A stretch of 32,000 nucleotides of DNA from Vibrio cholerae ATCC 14035 (GCF_000621645.1 NZ_JHXR01000017.1:60001-92000), one strand, 5' to 3'; shown: positions 1 through 11,230, numbered from the stretch's first letter. Made by a program: numbers and translations. Notes: generated by a model from the letters alone, not told the origin.

Positions 1-11
1 TGAATTTAAAA

Positions 12-36
12 GCCCTGCCGTTTGGTGGGGTTTTTT
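12..36 (+). terminator. Rho-independent terminator of a gene ending upstream of the window (position fits rpmA, which is not visible)
   Basis: Stem gccctgcc / ggtggggt (8 bp including G-U pairs), loop gttt, then tttttt at 31-36. Confidence 0.5.
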
Positions 37-55
37 ATTTATCGAAAGTGTGGTC

Positions 56-87
56 GACCCTAGACCCTAGACCCTAGACCCTAGACC
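56..87. repeat. Tandem heptamer VNTR: GACCCTA x4 plus partial GACC
   Basis: Direct read: gacccta at 56-62, 63-69, 70-76 and 77-83, then gacc at 84-87. Intergenic, about 100 bp upstream of the obg start. Confidence 0.95.
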
Positions 88-154
88 TGAATGTAGCCTG
101 ATCCAAGCAGGCGATTGTTTTCTGGGATCTACGTTCTCAGGTTTACTAGACTGA

Positions 155-1360
<1,206 letters not shown>

Positions 1361-1375
1361 TTAACTTACTGGTAT

Positions 1376-1400
1376 GCCGCAACTTAGTTGCGGCTTTTTT
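1376..1400 (+). terminator. Rho-independent terminator of obg
   Basis: gccgcaac-ttag-ttgcggc followed by tttttt (1395-1400). Confidence 0.8.
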
Positions 1401-1481
1401 GTGTCTAAATCAACTTTCCTAAAGTTTGTTTCGGGCACACTTACTCTCTCTTCGGCATATTTAGGTTTTAGGAAAGGAATC

Positions 1482-2243
1482 ATGGAATCCAAACAGAGAG
1501 CCGTTTCTCGTTTGATTGCTCAGGCAGGGCAGATGTTATTAGCGCATGGCGCAGAAAGTACTTTAGTCGGCGATATAATGCGCCGTATGGGGTTGGCGAG
1601 TGGGATGAGTGAAGTCGAAGTCTCTCTCTCGGCGAGCTCGCTTGTGGTGACGACCGTCTATAAAGAGCACTGCATTACGACTGCGCGACGCAGCCCAGAT
1701 CGCGGCATCAATATGCGTGTGGTGACGCAGATTCAAAGGATCTGCATCATGATGGAAAAAGGCATTCTCGATCACAGCTTAGCGCAGCGAAAACTCAATC
1801 ACATCAGTCCAGAGCGTTACAATCGTTGGCTAGTTGTGGTCATGATTGGCCTCTCTTGCGCGGCATTCAGCCGTTTGGCTGGGGGCGATTGGATGGTGTT
1901 CTTGATTACCTTGATCGCCTCGTCAGTTGGGATGATCGTTCGCCAAGAAATCGGCCATCGTCAGTTCAATCCACTCATCAATTTTGCGGCAACGGCTTTC
2001 GTGACCTCAGTGATTTCTGCCCAAGCTGTGATTTATCAACTCGGCAACAAACCGACGATCGTCATGGCCTCTTCCGTGTTAATGCTGGTGCCCGGCTTTC
2101 CATTAATTAATGCGGTCGCAGATATGCTCAAAGGTTATATCAATATGGGCATCGCACGCTTTGTGATGGCGAGTTTGCTGACTCTAGCCACGGCGCTCGG
2201 TATTGTCGCGGCAATGAGCATCACCGGAATTTGGGGGTGGTAA
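1482..2243 (+). CDS. yjjP: ThrE-family inner-membrane exporter subunit YjjP
   Basis: MESKQRAVSRL..GAESTLV..RGINMRVV..LVPGFPLINAVADM aligns by eye with E. coli YjjP. The start at 1482 has an aggaaagga RBS and lies after the obg terminator; the track start at 1374 overlaps that terminator. Confidence 0.8.
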   Translation: MESKQRAVSRLIAQAGQMLLAHGAESTLVGDIMRRMGLASGMSEVEVSLSASSLVVTTVYKEHCITTARRSPDRGINMRVVTQIQRICIMMEKGILDHSLAQRKLNHISPERYNRWLVVVMIGLSCAAFSRLAGGDWMVFLITLIASSVGMIVRQEIGHRQFNPLINFAATAFVTSVISAQAVIYQLGNKPTIVMASSVLMLVPGFPLINAVADMLKGYINMGIARFVMASLLTLATALGIVAAMSITGIWGW

Positions 2244-2716
2244 TGTTAAGCTGGGATCTGTTTTTCGGACTACTCAACGACATGTTTTTTGCCGCGATTC
2301 CGGCGGTTGGGTTTGCTTTAGTCTTCAATGTGCCTGTGCCCGCATTGAAATATTGTGCGTTAGGTGGTGCACTTGGTCATGGCTCGCGTTATTTGATGAT
2401 GCACTTTGGCGTACCGATTGAGTGGGCGAGTTTTTTTGCCGCTACTCTAGTGGGTATGGTTGGTGTTTATTGGTCTCGTCGTTTTCTGGCTCATCCTAAA
2501 GTGTTTACGGTTGCTGCGCTTATCCCGATGGTTCCTGGTGTTTTTGCATTTAAAGCCATGATCGCGTTAGTCGAAATTAACCATGTGGGTTTTTCGCCCG
2601 AGCTGATGGAAGCCTTATTAGAAAACTTCCTTAAAGCCATGTTTATCATTGCGGGTTTGGCGGTTGGCCTTGCTGTACCTGGACTGTTATTCTACCGCCG
2701 CAAACCGATTATTTAA
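2231..2716 (+). CDS. yjjB: ThrE-family membrane protein YjjB (partner of YjjP)
   Basis: MGVV..AAIPAVGFALVFNVP..AHPKVFTVAALIPMVPG matches the E. coli YjjB N-terminus (MGVIEF..AAIPAVGFAMVFNVP). TTG start overlaps the yjjP stop; an alternative ATG lies at 2243. Confidence 0.8.
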   Translation: MGVVMLSWDLFFGLLNDMFFAAIPAVGFALVFNVPVPALKYCALGGALGHGSRYLMMHFGVPIEWASFFAATLVGMVGVYWSRRFLAHPKVFTVAALIPMVPGVFAFKAMIALVEINHVGFSPELMEALLENFLKAMFIIAGLAVGLAVPGLLFYRRKPII

Positions 2717-2728
2717 GGTAAGAGAAAA

Positions 2729-3226
2729 ATGATGATCAGTATGATTGCCGCGATGGCAGACCAGCGCATTATTGGTAAAGATAACCAGATGCCTTGGCAT
2801 CTACCGGCTGATTTCGCGTGGTTCAAACGCTGTACATTAGGTAAGCCTGTAGTGATGGGGCGTAAAACCTACCAATCGATCGGACGTCCTTTACCGGGGC
2901 GGCACAATATTGTGATCTCCCGTGATGCGAGTTTGCAGATTGAGGGGGTGGATGTGGTGACCTCCATTGAGGCGGCGCTGGCGAAAGCGGGTGAGGTCGA
3001 CGAGGTGATGATCATCGGAGGTGGTAGCTTGTATGCGGCCTGTTTGCCGATGGCCCATAAACTGTATATTACCGAGATCCATGCAAAATTGGATGGTGAT
3101 ACTCAGTTTCCTGAATGGGGGAGTGATTGGCTAGAGCGCTCTCGTGAGCATTATCCTGCCGATGAAAAAAATGCCTACGGGATGGATTTTGTGATTTTTG
3201 AACGCCAATATCCCCTTCCTACTTGA
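2729..3226 (+). CDS. folA: Dihydrofolate reductase
   Basis: MISMIAAMA..MPWHLPADFAWFKR..GRKTY.SIGRPLPGR..IGGG is colinear with E. coli FolA. Start is 2729 or 2732. The last codons and the stop lie inside the repeat at 3209-3315. Confidence 0.95.
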   Translation: MMISMIAAMADQRIIGKDNQMPWHLPADFAWFKRCTLGKPVVMGRKTYQSIGRPLPGRHNIVISRDASLQIEGVDVVTSIEAALAKAGEVDEVMIIGGGSLYAACLPMAHKLYITEIHAKLDGDTQFPEWGSDWLERSREHYPADEKNAYGMDFVIFERQYPLPT

Positions 3227-3315
3227 TGTGCAGCAGTGTTGGCTGCGCAAATTGGTTCTAGACACATTTGTCACTTATTTTGCCGCCTACCTGCAACTCC
3301 AAGTCGTTTGGGGAT
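3209..3315 (+). repeat. ERIC/IRU-like palindromic repeat, variant lacking the central core
   Basis: Left arm tatccccttcctacttga.. and right arm ..gccgcctacctgcaactccaagtcgtttgggg are shared with the copies at 12027, 18142 and 19300. The CACCCCAATCAC..CATGGGGAT core is absent. Confidence 0.75.
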
Positions 3316-3348
3316 CGTCATTGCAGGTATCGTCAGAGAAAATACACT

Positions 3349-3376
3349 CAACACCCGTATTAACGGGTGTTGTTTT
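3349..3376. terminator. Bidirectional terminator between convergent folA and apaH
   Basis: caacacccg-tattaa-cgggtgttg followed by tttta. Overlaps the apaH stop codon. Confidence 0.7.
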
Positions 3377-4184
3377 ATGCTGGCAGCGCTGCTTGGCTAA
3401 AGTAGTGTTTATCTTCCCAACGCAGCATAGTCAGGGTTCCGCCCCACACACAACCCGTATCTAGGCCGATCACCGTTTCACTCACATACCCTTCTAATGC
3501 CGCCCAATGGCCAAAAATCACCGTCTTTTCAAGAGCAATACGCTGCGGTAATTGGAACCAAGGTAGTAAGCTACCGTCAGTCACTTCTTTCGGTGGCAGT
3601 TTGCATTGCATATCTAAACGACCATCTGGGAAACAAAAGCGCATACGAGTAAATGCGTTAACGATATAACGCAAGCGATCTATCCCTTGTAGCGTTGGAT
3701 GCCATGCGTCGGGTTGGTCACTGTACATCTGCTCAATCAGGGTGCTCCACTCGGGGCTGCGAAGTACAGACTCGACCTCTTGCGCAGCTTGGCGTGCAGT
3801 GGCGAGATCCCATTGTGGTGAGATGCCAGCATGGCACAGTACAAACTCTTGATGTTCAGCGAGCAAAGGCTGCTGACGTAGCCAATCGAGTAATGGCGCG
3901 GCGTCAGGCGCATCTAAAACCGCTTGGGTTTGATCGCGCCGTTTAGCGGAGTGGTGACCGAGTGCTACTGAGAGCAAATGCAAATCATGATTGCCGAGCA
4001 CGACTCGTGCTGCATCCCCTAACTGATAGACAAAACGCAAGGTTTCTAGTGATTTTGGACCACGAGCGACCAAATCTCCCGCAAACCACAGCGTATCAAG
4101 CTGAGAATTAAATTCGGCCTGCTTGAGCAGTTGCTGTAGCTCGTCAAAGCAGCCTTGAATATCTCCAACGATATAATTCGCCAC
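3375..4184 (-). CDS. apaH: Bis(5'-nucleosyl)-tetraphosphatase, symmetrical (Ap4A hydrolase)
   Basis: MANYIVGDIQGC..GDLVARGP..GNHD metallophosphatase motifs; conserved position downstream of apaG. Confidence 0.95.
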   Translation of the reverse strand: MANYIVGDIQGCFDELQQLLKQAEFNSQLDTLWFAGDLVARGPKSLETLRFVYQLGDAARVVLGNHDLHLLSVALGHHSAKRRDQTQAVLDAPDAAPLLDWLRQQPLLAEHQEFVLCHAGISPQWDLATARQAAQEVESVLRSPEWSTLIEQMYSDQPDAWHPTLQGIDRLRYIVNAFTRMRFCFPDGRLDMQCKLPPKEVTDGSLLPWFQLPQRIALEKTVIFGHWAALEGYVSETVIGLDTGCVWGGTLTMLRWEDKHYFSQAALPA

Positions 4185-4194
4185 ACAAACTCCC

Positions 4195-4575
4195 TTAATT
4201 CAATACATGCGGAACGGCTAAACGAAATGGTTCAATCTCAACCGTGAAAGACTCACCTTGTTCATCGATCATCAAATATTGCCCCTGCATCACACCGACG
4301 GGAGTATCTAAGGCCGTGCCACTGCTGTAGGTATATTCATCGTTAGCTTTGATGCGAGGTTGCTCTCCCACAACGCCATCGCCTTCAACCACGGTCTGTT
4401 TGCCATCGGCATCCGTGATCAACCAGCGCCGACTCATCAGTTGGACGGTCTGGGAGCTGAGATTTTTGATGGTGATGAGATAGGCGAACACAAAGCGCTG
4501 ATACTCAGGATTTGATTGTTCCTCAATGTAGCGAGTTTGAACCTGAATTTTGATACAGGGCAGCGAAACATCCAT
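4195..4575 (-). CDS. apaG: ApaG (DUF525) protein
   Basis: 126 aa, ..[22 protein letters not shown].. typical of ApaG; rsmA-apaG-apaH order. Confidence 0.93.
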   Translation of the reverse strand: MDVSLPCIKIQVQTRYIEEQSNPEYQRFVFAYLITIKNLSSQTVQLMSRRWLITDADGKQTVVEGDGVVGEQPRIKANDEYTYSSGTALDTPVGVMQGQYLMIDEQGESFTVEIEPFRLAVPHVLN

Positions 4576-4618
4576 GAGCGACTCCTCAGCTTAGTAGTCA
4601 GATATTGGCAGATAAACA

Positions 4619-4641
4619 AAGGACGACTGAATGTCGTCCTT
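4619..4641 (-). terminator. Hairpin between rsmA and apaG (possible partial terminator or attenuator)
   Basis: aaggacgac-(5 nt)-gtcgtcctt. On the minus strand it is followed by tgtttat. Confidence 0.45.
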
Positions 4642-4646
4642 ATCGA

Positions 4647-5462
4647 TTATGCGTGAGTTTTGTGTGTGGCATCAAGCCAGTTCGCTAATGCCACAAATTG
4701 AGCCAAGGTCAGATTTTCTGGGCGCATACCTGGGTTGATGCCCAGAGTTTCCAGTGTTTCCGGTTCAGCCAAACCTTTATAACAGTTACGCACCGTTTTA
4801 CGGCGTTGGTTAAAGCCTTCACGTACCACGCGATCTAACCACTCTAAGCTGGTTGCTGGATGAGGGAGATCTTCATAAGGCACCAAACGTACCACGGCCG
4901 AATCCACTTTTGGTGGTGGCACAAATGCGCTAGGTGGCACTTCTAGTACCGGAACCACTTTACAGTAGTATTGCGCCATCACGGTTAGTCGACCGTAGGC
5001 CTTGGTTCCCGGACCTGCGGCTAATCGGTTCACCACCTCTTTTTGCAGCATGAAGTGCATGTCTTGAATATCACGGTGGAATTCAAACAAGTGGAACATC
5101 AGCGGCGTTGAAATGTTGTAAGGTAAGTTACCAAACACGCGAAGTTTGTTATTGGGTTTCACCAACTGCTTGAAGTCGAAACGCATCGCATCGCCTTCAT
5201 GAATGGTCAACTTGCTGGCTAATTCTGGATGATTACGCAGGCGTTCTGCCAGATCGCGGTCAAGCTCAATGACAGTGAACTTATCCACTTCACGTCCTAC
5301 CGGTTCTGTGATGGCGCCTAACCCTGGGCCGATTTCAACCAAGTTTTGCCCCGGTTTGGGATTAATTGCCGACACAATACCATCAATGATGTAAGGATCA
5401 TTGAGGAAGTTCTGACCAAAGCGTTTACGCGCTTTGTGCCCTAAGTGGACATCATTTCTCAT
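4647..5462 (-). CDS. rsmA: 16S rRNA (adenine1518/1519-N6)-dimethyltransferase
   Basis: [20 protein letters not shown].. matches the E. coli KsgA N-terminus, with an SAM motif VEIGPGLG. The track start at 5495 would overlap pdxA, so I take the start at 5462. Confidence 0.95.
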
Positions 5463-5475
5463 AGTTTTCTCTAAG

Positions 5476-6468
5476 TTATTGCGCTTTTTTATCAACTAAT
5501 TCAATTGCGTAAGCTAATGCAGTCCAAAAGCTTCCCGCATCGGCTTGACCCGTTCCAGCCAGATCGAGTGCCGTACCGTGATCGACCGAAGTGCGGATAA
5601 AAGGCAGCCCGAGCGTAATATTGACTGAGCGGCCAAAGCCTTTGTATTTCAGCACTGGAAGCACTTGATCATGGTACATGCCGAGAACGGCATCCGCTTG
5701 TTGCAAGTATTTTTCACTAAAAATAGTATCGGCTGGTAAAGGACCAACCAATTGCATGCCATATTGCTCACGCAAACGCTGTAGGGTAGGAGTGATGGTT
5801 TCGATCTCATCCATGCCCAATACACCGTCTTCACCTGCGTGTGGATTTAACCCACATACGTAGATTTTAGGCTCAGCAATGGCAAATTTCTCGACTAAAT
5901 CCTTGTGGAGAATATGAACAATCTGTTCTAGACGTTCACAAGTTATCGCTTGCGGCACTTCTGCGAGTGGCAGATGTGTAGTGACTAACGCAGTACGTAA
6001 GCCTTCTGTGGCCAGCATCATCACGACGAGGGGAGTTTTTGACTGTTCAGCAAAAAATTCGGTATGACCGCTGAAAGCCACCCCCGCACGGTTGATCACC
6101 CCCTTGTGCACAGGGCCGGTGACAATAGCATCAAATTCGCCATTCATACAGCCTTTTGCCGCTCTTTCCAGCGTTTTTAACACATAGTGTCCATTCGCTG
6201 GATTGAGTTGACCGGCGACGACGGGTTCCGCGAGAGGAATATGCTCAACCAACAAGGTTCCTGCTTGTTGCGCTTGCACTGGATTATCGCGTTGATAATC
6301 CAGTAGCTTAACCTGTATGCCAAGTTGCGTGGCCCGCTGCGCCAATAACGCCTTATCGGCACACACCACCAGTTGATGTGGCCAATCTTGCGCGGAGAGG
6401 GCGAGCACCAGATCGGGACCGATCCCCGCGGGCTCACCGGCTGTGACAATGATGCGTTTACTGCTCAT
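5476..6468 (-). CDS. pdxA: 4-hydroxythreonine-4-phosphate dehydrogenase
   Basis: ..[28 protein letters not shown].. PdxA signature. Overlaps the surA 3' end by 11 nt. Confidence 0.95.
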
Positions 6469-7753
6469 CCTTCTCGTCCTTCAATACTTCAACAAAGGCG
6501 CTGGCACGCAGCTCTTGCAGCCAAGCACTGGCTTCTTCATTGAATTTACGATTGAACAAGATACGGTAGGCCTTGTTTTTCAGTGCGGAATCAGTTCTGT
6601 CCACTTCGCGACGATCGAGCACTTCTACAATGTGCCAACCATGTACGGTTTTAAACGGTTCACTGATTTGGCCTACGGGTAAGGTTTCAATCTGGTGTTT
6701 AAACTCTGGGACATACAGATCAGGAGTTTGATAGCCCAGTTCACCTTTTTGCGCGGCAGAGCCGGGGTCTTGGCTATATTGCTGTGCTAATTCTGCAAAG
6801 GTCACTTCGCCATTTTTGATGCGCTGTACAAATTCATTGAGCTGCTTTTGCGCGCCTTCATCGCTGAGGATGATGGTCGGTTTGATCAAAATGTGACGAG
6901 CATTAACTTCTGTGACCGCGACCGTTTCTAGGCCTTTGACATCATCTATTTTCAAAATGTGAAAACCGACACCACTGCGAAACGGGCCAATAATGCTGCC
7001 TTTGTTCTGCATTTTGATCTGATCAGCAAAGATGGTTGGCATCTCTTCTTTGCGCATCCATCCCCAATCTCCCCCTTGCAGGGCTTTGGGACCTTTGGAG
7101 TAGGCGTACGCCATTTGCGCAAAGTCTGCCCCATTTCTTAGGTCGTTGACCAGCTTGTTGGCCAAGGTTTCCGCGGTACTTTTATCTTGTCCGTCATCGA
7201 CTCGCAGTTGAATATGACTGATTTTGTATTGCACGGTGGCATCGGTTTCCTGCGCCAGCAGCTCAGCTAACGTATCAACTTCGGCGGGCAGAATGTTGAT
7301 ACGACGACGAACTAAGGCATTGCGTGCATCACTCGCCGCCATCTCTTTACGGACTTGCTCACGGAACTCTGGGTAAGTTAAGCCTTCTTGCGCTACCGAA
7401 GCAATCAACTGCTCCTGAGTCTGTTGGTTGTTTTTCGCTATCTCTTTAATCGCTTCGTTGAGGCGGTTGTCATCAATTTTTACCCCAATCCGATCCGCTT
7501 CTTGCTGCTGCAAAGTATCGATGATCAGTTTTTCCAATACTTGTTCGCGCAGCACCGTTTCTTGTGGCAAAGGCTGCTTGTTCTGCTTGGCATTGGCTTT
7601 GATGGTTTTCAGGGCGCTGTCCACATCACTTTGTAGTATGACGCCGCTATTGACAATCACTGCCACGCTATCGAGTTGTTTGGGCTCTGCGTGAGCGTTG
7701 AAGAGAGTCAGCGCACTGAGAACGCTAATTAGTGTGGGTTTCCACAATTTCAT
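6458..7753 (-). CDS. surA: Periplasmic chaperone / peptidyl-prolyl isomerase SurA
   Basis: Signal peptide, then two parvulin-like PPIase segments (..HILIK.., ..GFHILK.., ..GWHIVEV..); lptD-surA-pdxA order. Confidence 0.95.
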   Translation of the reverse strand: MKLWKPTLISVLSALTLFNAHAEPKQLDSVAVIVNSGVILQSDVDSALKTIKANAKQNKQPLPQETVLREQVLEKLIIDTLQQQEADRIGVKIDDNRLNEAIKEIAKNNQQTQEQLIASVAQEGLTYPEFREQVRKEMAASDARNALVRRRINILPAEVDTLAELLAQETDATVQYKISHIQLRVDDGQDKSTAETLANKLVNDLRNGADFAQMAYAYSKGPKALQGGDWGWMRKEEMPTIFADQIKMQNKGSIIGPFRSGVGFHILKIDDVKGLETVAVTEVNARHILIKPTIILSDEGAQKQLNEFVQRIKNGEVTFAELAQQYSQDPGSAAQKGELGYQTPDLYVPEFKHQIETLPVGQISEPFKTVHGWHIVEVLDRREVDRTDSALKNKAYRILFNRKFNEEASAWLQELRASAFVEVLKDEKDEQ

Positions 7754-7778
7754 GTGCAGTCCTATCTAAAATGTTTTA

Positions 7779-7798
7779 AGCCTGAGTTTCCTCAGGCT
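7779..7798 (-). terminator. Hairpin between lptD and surA (weak terminator or attenuator)
   Basis: agcctgag-tttc-ctcaggct. The minus-strand downstream sequence is taaaacatttt. Confidence 0.4.
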
Positions 7799-7805
7799 AG
7801 GTGAA

Positions 7806-10169
7806 TTAGTTATTCAGGAAGAATGGGCGACCATAACCGAGTGAGTTACCTGCGCTATCGACACCTGTCATGCTTGAGCCTGCGCCAATGCTGGTGCCAA
7901 AACCAATAATCCCGATGTTAAAGCTGAAGTTATTCTCATAAATCGGAGTCGCGTAAGGATCCGTAACAAAGTTGCCATTCCAGCTTTTTAATTGGTTACT
8001 GTAAGTAAAGCCCACATACCAACAATCTGAAGTGTAAGTCAGGTTAGCCAGCCACTCTAACGCCTCGTCTGTGGTCAGGTCATAGTAATATTGACCGCTA
8101 GCCGACCATTTACGACTCAACTGGTAACCCGCCAAAATGCCCGCTTGTGAAATACCGTCTCGGGTAATGTCATCAATATTGGTAATGCTGTCACCGACGG
8201 TATTGCGAATATAATCCTTAGCAACATAGCGGTAGTTAGCTTGAATATAACCGCTGGCGACTCGATATTCTAATGTACTGTTGCCAAGTTGAACGGCTTG
8301 GCTATCGATGTCGTATTGAATGCCGCCGTGATAGAACAGATAGTCAGCAAAGTTAAAGTCCATCTCAACGGCCCAAGCGGAATAGCTGGTTTTATCCGAT
8401 GTGCTGTCTGGATTTTTATTGGACGGATTGAGCTTGCTGTCCAGATAGAAAATCTGACCAAACGCGATATTGAGGCGCTCTTTATAGTTGCTATCAAAGA
8501 AACGAGTCGATGCACCGTAGCTGACTTGGTTGGCGGACTCAATTCGGTCTACGCCGCTGTATTTGCGACTGCGGAATAGCCCGTAGTAGTCGGTTTGCAG
8601 CAAAGTGGAATCATACAGACCAATATTGTCCTGATATTTTTCTGGCACGTAGAGATATTGAATTTTGGGTTCAAGGGTTTGAGTGTAGTCATCAAGCAGT
8701 ACCGTATCTCGTTCAAGCACAATGCCCGCTACACTGCGAATCTCAGGGATAACGCGTGTCACACTCTCTTCCAGTTTGGCATCTGTGGTCTTATCAAGAT
8801 CTTGTTGATAGTAGGTGCCCAAGACACGTGCTTCGGTTGTCCAGTTGCCCCAAGTGTTGCTGAACGGAATTTTGAGCCCAGGTTCAATATGTACTCGAGT
8901 TGCAGAGGGTTTGCCTCTTGCATCGGTTTCAAAGCGCGAGACATGGCTGACAAGGTCAAGATCCAGATACTTCATCGTCTCTGGAGCATAGTAGTTGTAG
9001 CTGAGCTGGGGCATTAACCGATAAGGCAAGTTCGTGCTAGTGGTATCCTTGGTCAGTAGTTGGAAATCCCGCACCAACAGCGCAGAATCCCAGTTGTCGC
9101 TACGGTAAGTGGCACGCCCTTCTTGGATGAGTTGTCCATCTTCACGATTACCGACTCCCGAATCTAAGTCAGAGAAATAGTTGATATCGCTGACTTTGGA
9201 GTAGTCGATTTCAAATTTCCAAGCTTGTTGGAAAATGCCGTTATGCTCATATTGGAATGCCCAGCGATCGCCTAATTCAGTGTGCAGCTGATCGTCGGCA
9301 AGATATTCAGATTTGATTTGACCCGCACCAAAATCGGTCAGATAACGGAACACACTATTCAGTTGTGTTCCGCGCTTTTGCATATAGTTAAAGGTGGTTT
9401 CTAAGTCATATTGGGGTGCCAAGTTCCAATAAATTGGCACTTCAAACGAATAGCCATTTCGTGAGCCGTAAGAGGCCGTCGGGTATAGAAAACCAGTTTT
9501 ACGCGTATCACCGATTGGCACAGTCAAATAGGGGAGATAGAACACAGGTACGTTTTGCACTTCAAGACGCGGATTGTAGAAGGTCGCAATCTCTTCATTC
9601 TGATCCACATCAATGCTGGAAGCACGCATCCGCCATGCATTATCACCATCAGGACATGAGGTGATGGAGCCATCTTCAATTTCATACACGGCTTTGCCCG
9701 TTTTCGAAACATACACCGCTTCACCACGGCCCGGTTCACACAAAAACTGGTAGCGAGTATTTTCCAGCGTCATTTCATCGGTATTGAGATGGTTGGTCGC
9801 TTTGGTGGAGTGTGTTTTTATCTCACCATCACTGAACTGAACATTACCTTCAGCGACAACCACATTCTCTTGCTGATGCAAAGTCACGTTATCCGCGGCA
9901 ATGCGTTTCTTACCTTGCACGACAACGACATTCCCCGAATAGGTCGCCTTCTGCCCATTGATTGCCTCTAGCTTATCCGCTTCGACATTGATAGGCTGTT
10001 GGCCGGGATTAGTAGGCTCAGGCTGGTTGACTAAACACTGCTCACCATTAGGTAATTGAGCGCGATTGTCATCCACACTTGCTTCTGCTTGTATCTGAGG
10101 TGCAAAGAGTGCAGCGCTAATCGAAGCGGCTAAAAACGTGCGGGAAAAGCATGACATGGGGTTGTACAT
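7806..10169 (-). CDS. lptD: LPS-assembly outer-membrane protein LptD (Imp/OstA)
   Basis: 787-aa ORF with signal peptide ..[10 protein letters not shown], an OstA N-terminal domain and a long beta-barrel. A second in-frame ATG at 10157 (MSCFSRTF..) is an equally plausible start. Confidence 0.94.
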   Translation of the reverse strand: MYNPMSCFSRTFLAASISAALFAPQIQAEASVDDNRAQLPNGEQCLVNQPEPTNPGQQPINVEADKLEAINGQKATYSGNVVVVQGKKRIAADNVTLHQQENVVVAEGNVQFSDGEIKTHSTKATNHLNTDEMTLENTRYQFLCEPGRGEAVYVSKTGKAVYEIEDGSITSCPDGDNAWRMRASSIDVDQNEEIATFYNPRLEVQNVPVFYLPYLTVPIGDTRKTGFLYPTASYGSRNGYSFEVPIYWNLAPQYDLETTFNYMQKRGTQLNSVFRYLTDFGAGQIKSEYLADDQLHTELGDRWAFQYEHNGIFQQAWKFEIDYSKVSDINYFSDLDSGVGNREDGQLIQEGRATYRSDNWDSALLVRDFQLLTKDTTSTNLPYRLMPQLSYNYYAPETMKYLDLDLVSHVSRFETDARGKPSATRVHIEPGLKIPFSNTWGNWTTEARVLGTYYQQDLDKTTDAKLEESVTRVIPEIRSVAGIVLERDTVLLDDYTQTLEPKIQYLYVPEKYQDNIGLYDSTLLQTDYYGLFRSRKYSGVDRIESANQVSYGASTRFFDSNYKERLNIAFGQIFYLDSKLNPSNKNPDSTSDKTSYSAWAVEMDFNFADYLFYHGGIQYDIDSQAVQLGNSTLEYRVASGYIQANYRYVAKDYIRNTVGDSITNIDDITRDGISQAGILAGYQLSRKWSASGQYYYDLTTDEALEWLANLTYTSDCWYVGFTYSNQLKSWNGNFVTDPYATPIYENNFSFNIGIIGFGTSIGAGSSMTGVDSAGNSLGYGRPFFLNN

Positions 10170-10213
10170 CCTGTTGAACTTGTGGCCTGTTGAACTTGAT
10201 GGATTCCGAACTT
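10170..10213. repeat. Direct repeats in the lptD leader: CCTGTTGAACTTG x2 plus a third GAACTT, hexamers spaced exactly 16 bp apart
   Basis: cctgttgaacttg at 10170-10182 and 10186-10198. GAACTT at 10176, 10192 and 10208. Confidence 0.85.
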
Positions 10214-10269
10214 AGGAGCCTGAAATATAAACGGTCCTTATCATAAAGGAAATTGACGCTTGCGCCACT

Positions 10270-10297
10270 ATCAGACCGCTTCACTCCAGAAAAATTC
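10270..10297 (-). promoter_or_regulatory. Candidate sigma-E (RpoE)-type promoter for lptD
   Basis: The minus strand reads tGAATTT-N16-TCTGATag. The -10 region cggTCTGATA resembles the E. coli rpoH P3 element. Confidence 0.25.
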
Positions 10298-10315
10298 ATA
10301 GATTGAGAGCACATA

Positions 10316-11170
10316 ATGCATATTTTTGGCAAAATTCTTGGCGCTTTTTTTGGCTTCCTGTTTGGTGGCCCTTTTGGCGCAATCTTTGGGATCTTCCTTG
10401 GCCACCAGTTTGATAAGGCGCGTCGTTTAAATCAGGCTGGCTTTCAAAGTGGTACATTTGGTGCAGGTCCTAGCCAAGCGGAGCGCCAAGAGGAGTTTTT
10501 TAAATCCGCATTTTCGGTGATGGGGCATGTAGCAAAAGCCAAGGGTCAAGTCACCAAAGAAGAGATCCAACTCGCGACCATCATGATGGATCGCATGAAC
10601 CTGACCCTAGAGCAAAAACGTGCTGCACAAGATGCGTTTCGTGACGGGAAAGAAAGCGATTTTCCTCTAGAGCAAGTGTTAGAGCGCGTGAAAATCGCCA
10701 CGGGCGGGCGTTTTGACCTGCTACAGTTTTTCCTTGAGCTGCAAGTCTCTTCCGCGTTTGCTGATGGGGATGTACACCCGAGTGAGCGTAAAGTACTGCA
10801 TCGTATTGCGCGTGGGCTTGGTTTTTCTTCCGAGCAGTTAGAGCGCCGTTTACGGATGCAGGAAGCGGCGTTTCGATTTCAACAAGGTGGTGGCTTTGGT
10901 GGTTCGCAGCAGCAATCCCATAGTGGGCAGCAATGGCAGCAGCCTTCATCACGCCATCAATTGGCCGATGCCTACGAAGTGCTTGGGGTGAGCGAAAGTG
11001 CGAGTGCGCAAGAGGTGAAGCGAGCTTATCGTAAGCTGATGAATGAGCACCACCCAGATAAGCTGATGGCGAAAGGTTTACCGCCAGAGATGATGAACGT
11101 CGCGAAAGAGAAATCTCAGCAAATCCAACACGCTTATGAGCTGATCCGAAAGGAGAAAGGCATTAAGTAA
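10316..11170 (+). CDS. djlA: Co-chaperone DjlA (membrane-anchored DnaJ-like protein)
   Basis: N-terminal TM segment, Q/G-rich linker, C-terminal J domain ..AYRKLMNEHHPDKL.. Confidence 0.9.
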   Translation: MHIFGKILGAFFGFLFGGPFGAIFGIFLGHQFDKARRLNQAGFQSGTFGAGPSQAERQEEFFKSAFSVMGHVAKAKGQVTKEEIQLATIMMDRMNLTLEQKRAAQDAFRDGKESDFPLEQVLERVKIATGGRFDLLQFFLELQVSSAFADGDVHPSERKVLHRIARGLGFSSEQLERRLRMQEAAFRFQQGGGFGGSQQQSHSGQQWQQPSSRHQLADAYEVLGVSESASAQEVKRAYRKLMNEHHPDKLMAKGLPPEMMNVAKEKSQQIQHAYELIRKEKGIK

Positions 11171-11200
11171 GCTCATCGTCATTATGCGCTTACCTTTTCT

Positions 11201-11230
11201 AAGGCAAACTTAACTGTTTGCCTTTCTTTT
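11201..11230 (+). terminator. Rho-independent terminator of djlA
   Basis: aaggcaaac-ttaact-gtttgcctt followed by tctttt. Confidence 0.8.

Noticed and set aside
1374-1481. N-terminal extensions given by the ORF track: yjjP 1374, obg 173, rsmA 5495, mltC 15795, glsA 18347, trmB 17406, tyrS 27502, yqgE 29949, regulator 26605
   Set aside because: Alignment by eye with the E. coli orthologue N-termini, better RBSs at internal ATGs, and overlap with terminators or upstream genes all favour the shorter starts used in the feature table.
3198-3464. 88-aa ORF across the folA-apaH gap. Similar ORFs occur at 19369-19617 and 19397-19624
   Set aside because: They are translations of the ERIC-like repeat and terminator sequences.
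10176-10235. The three plus-strand GAACTT hexamers as sigma-E -35 elements driving djlA
   Set aside because: None has a TCTGA- or TCAAA-like -10 element at 15-17 nt (the downstream hexamers are gatgga, aggagc and aacggt). They are kept only as an unexplained repeat.
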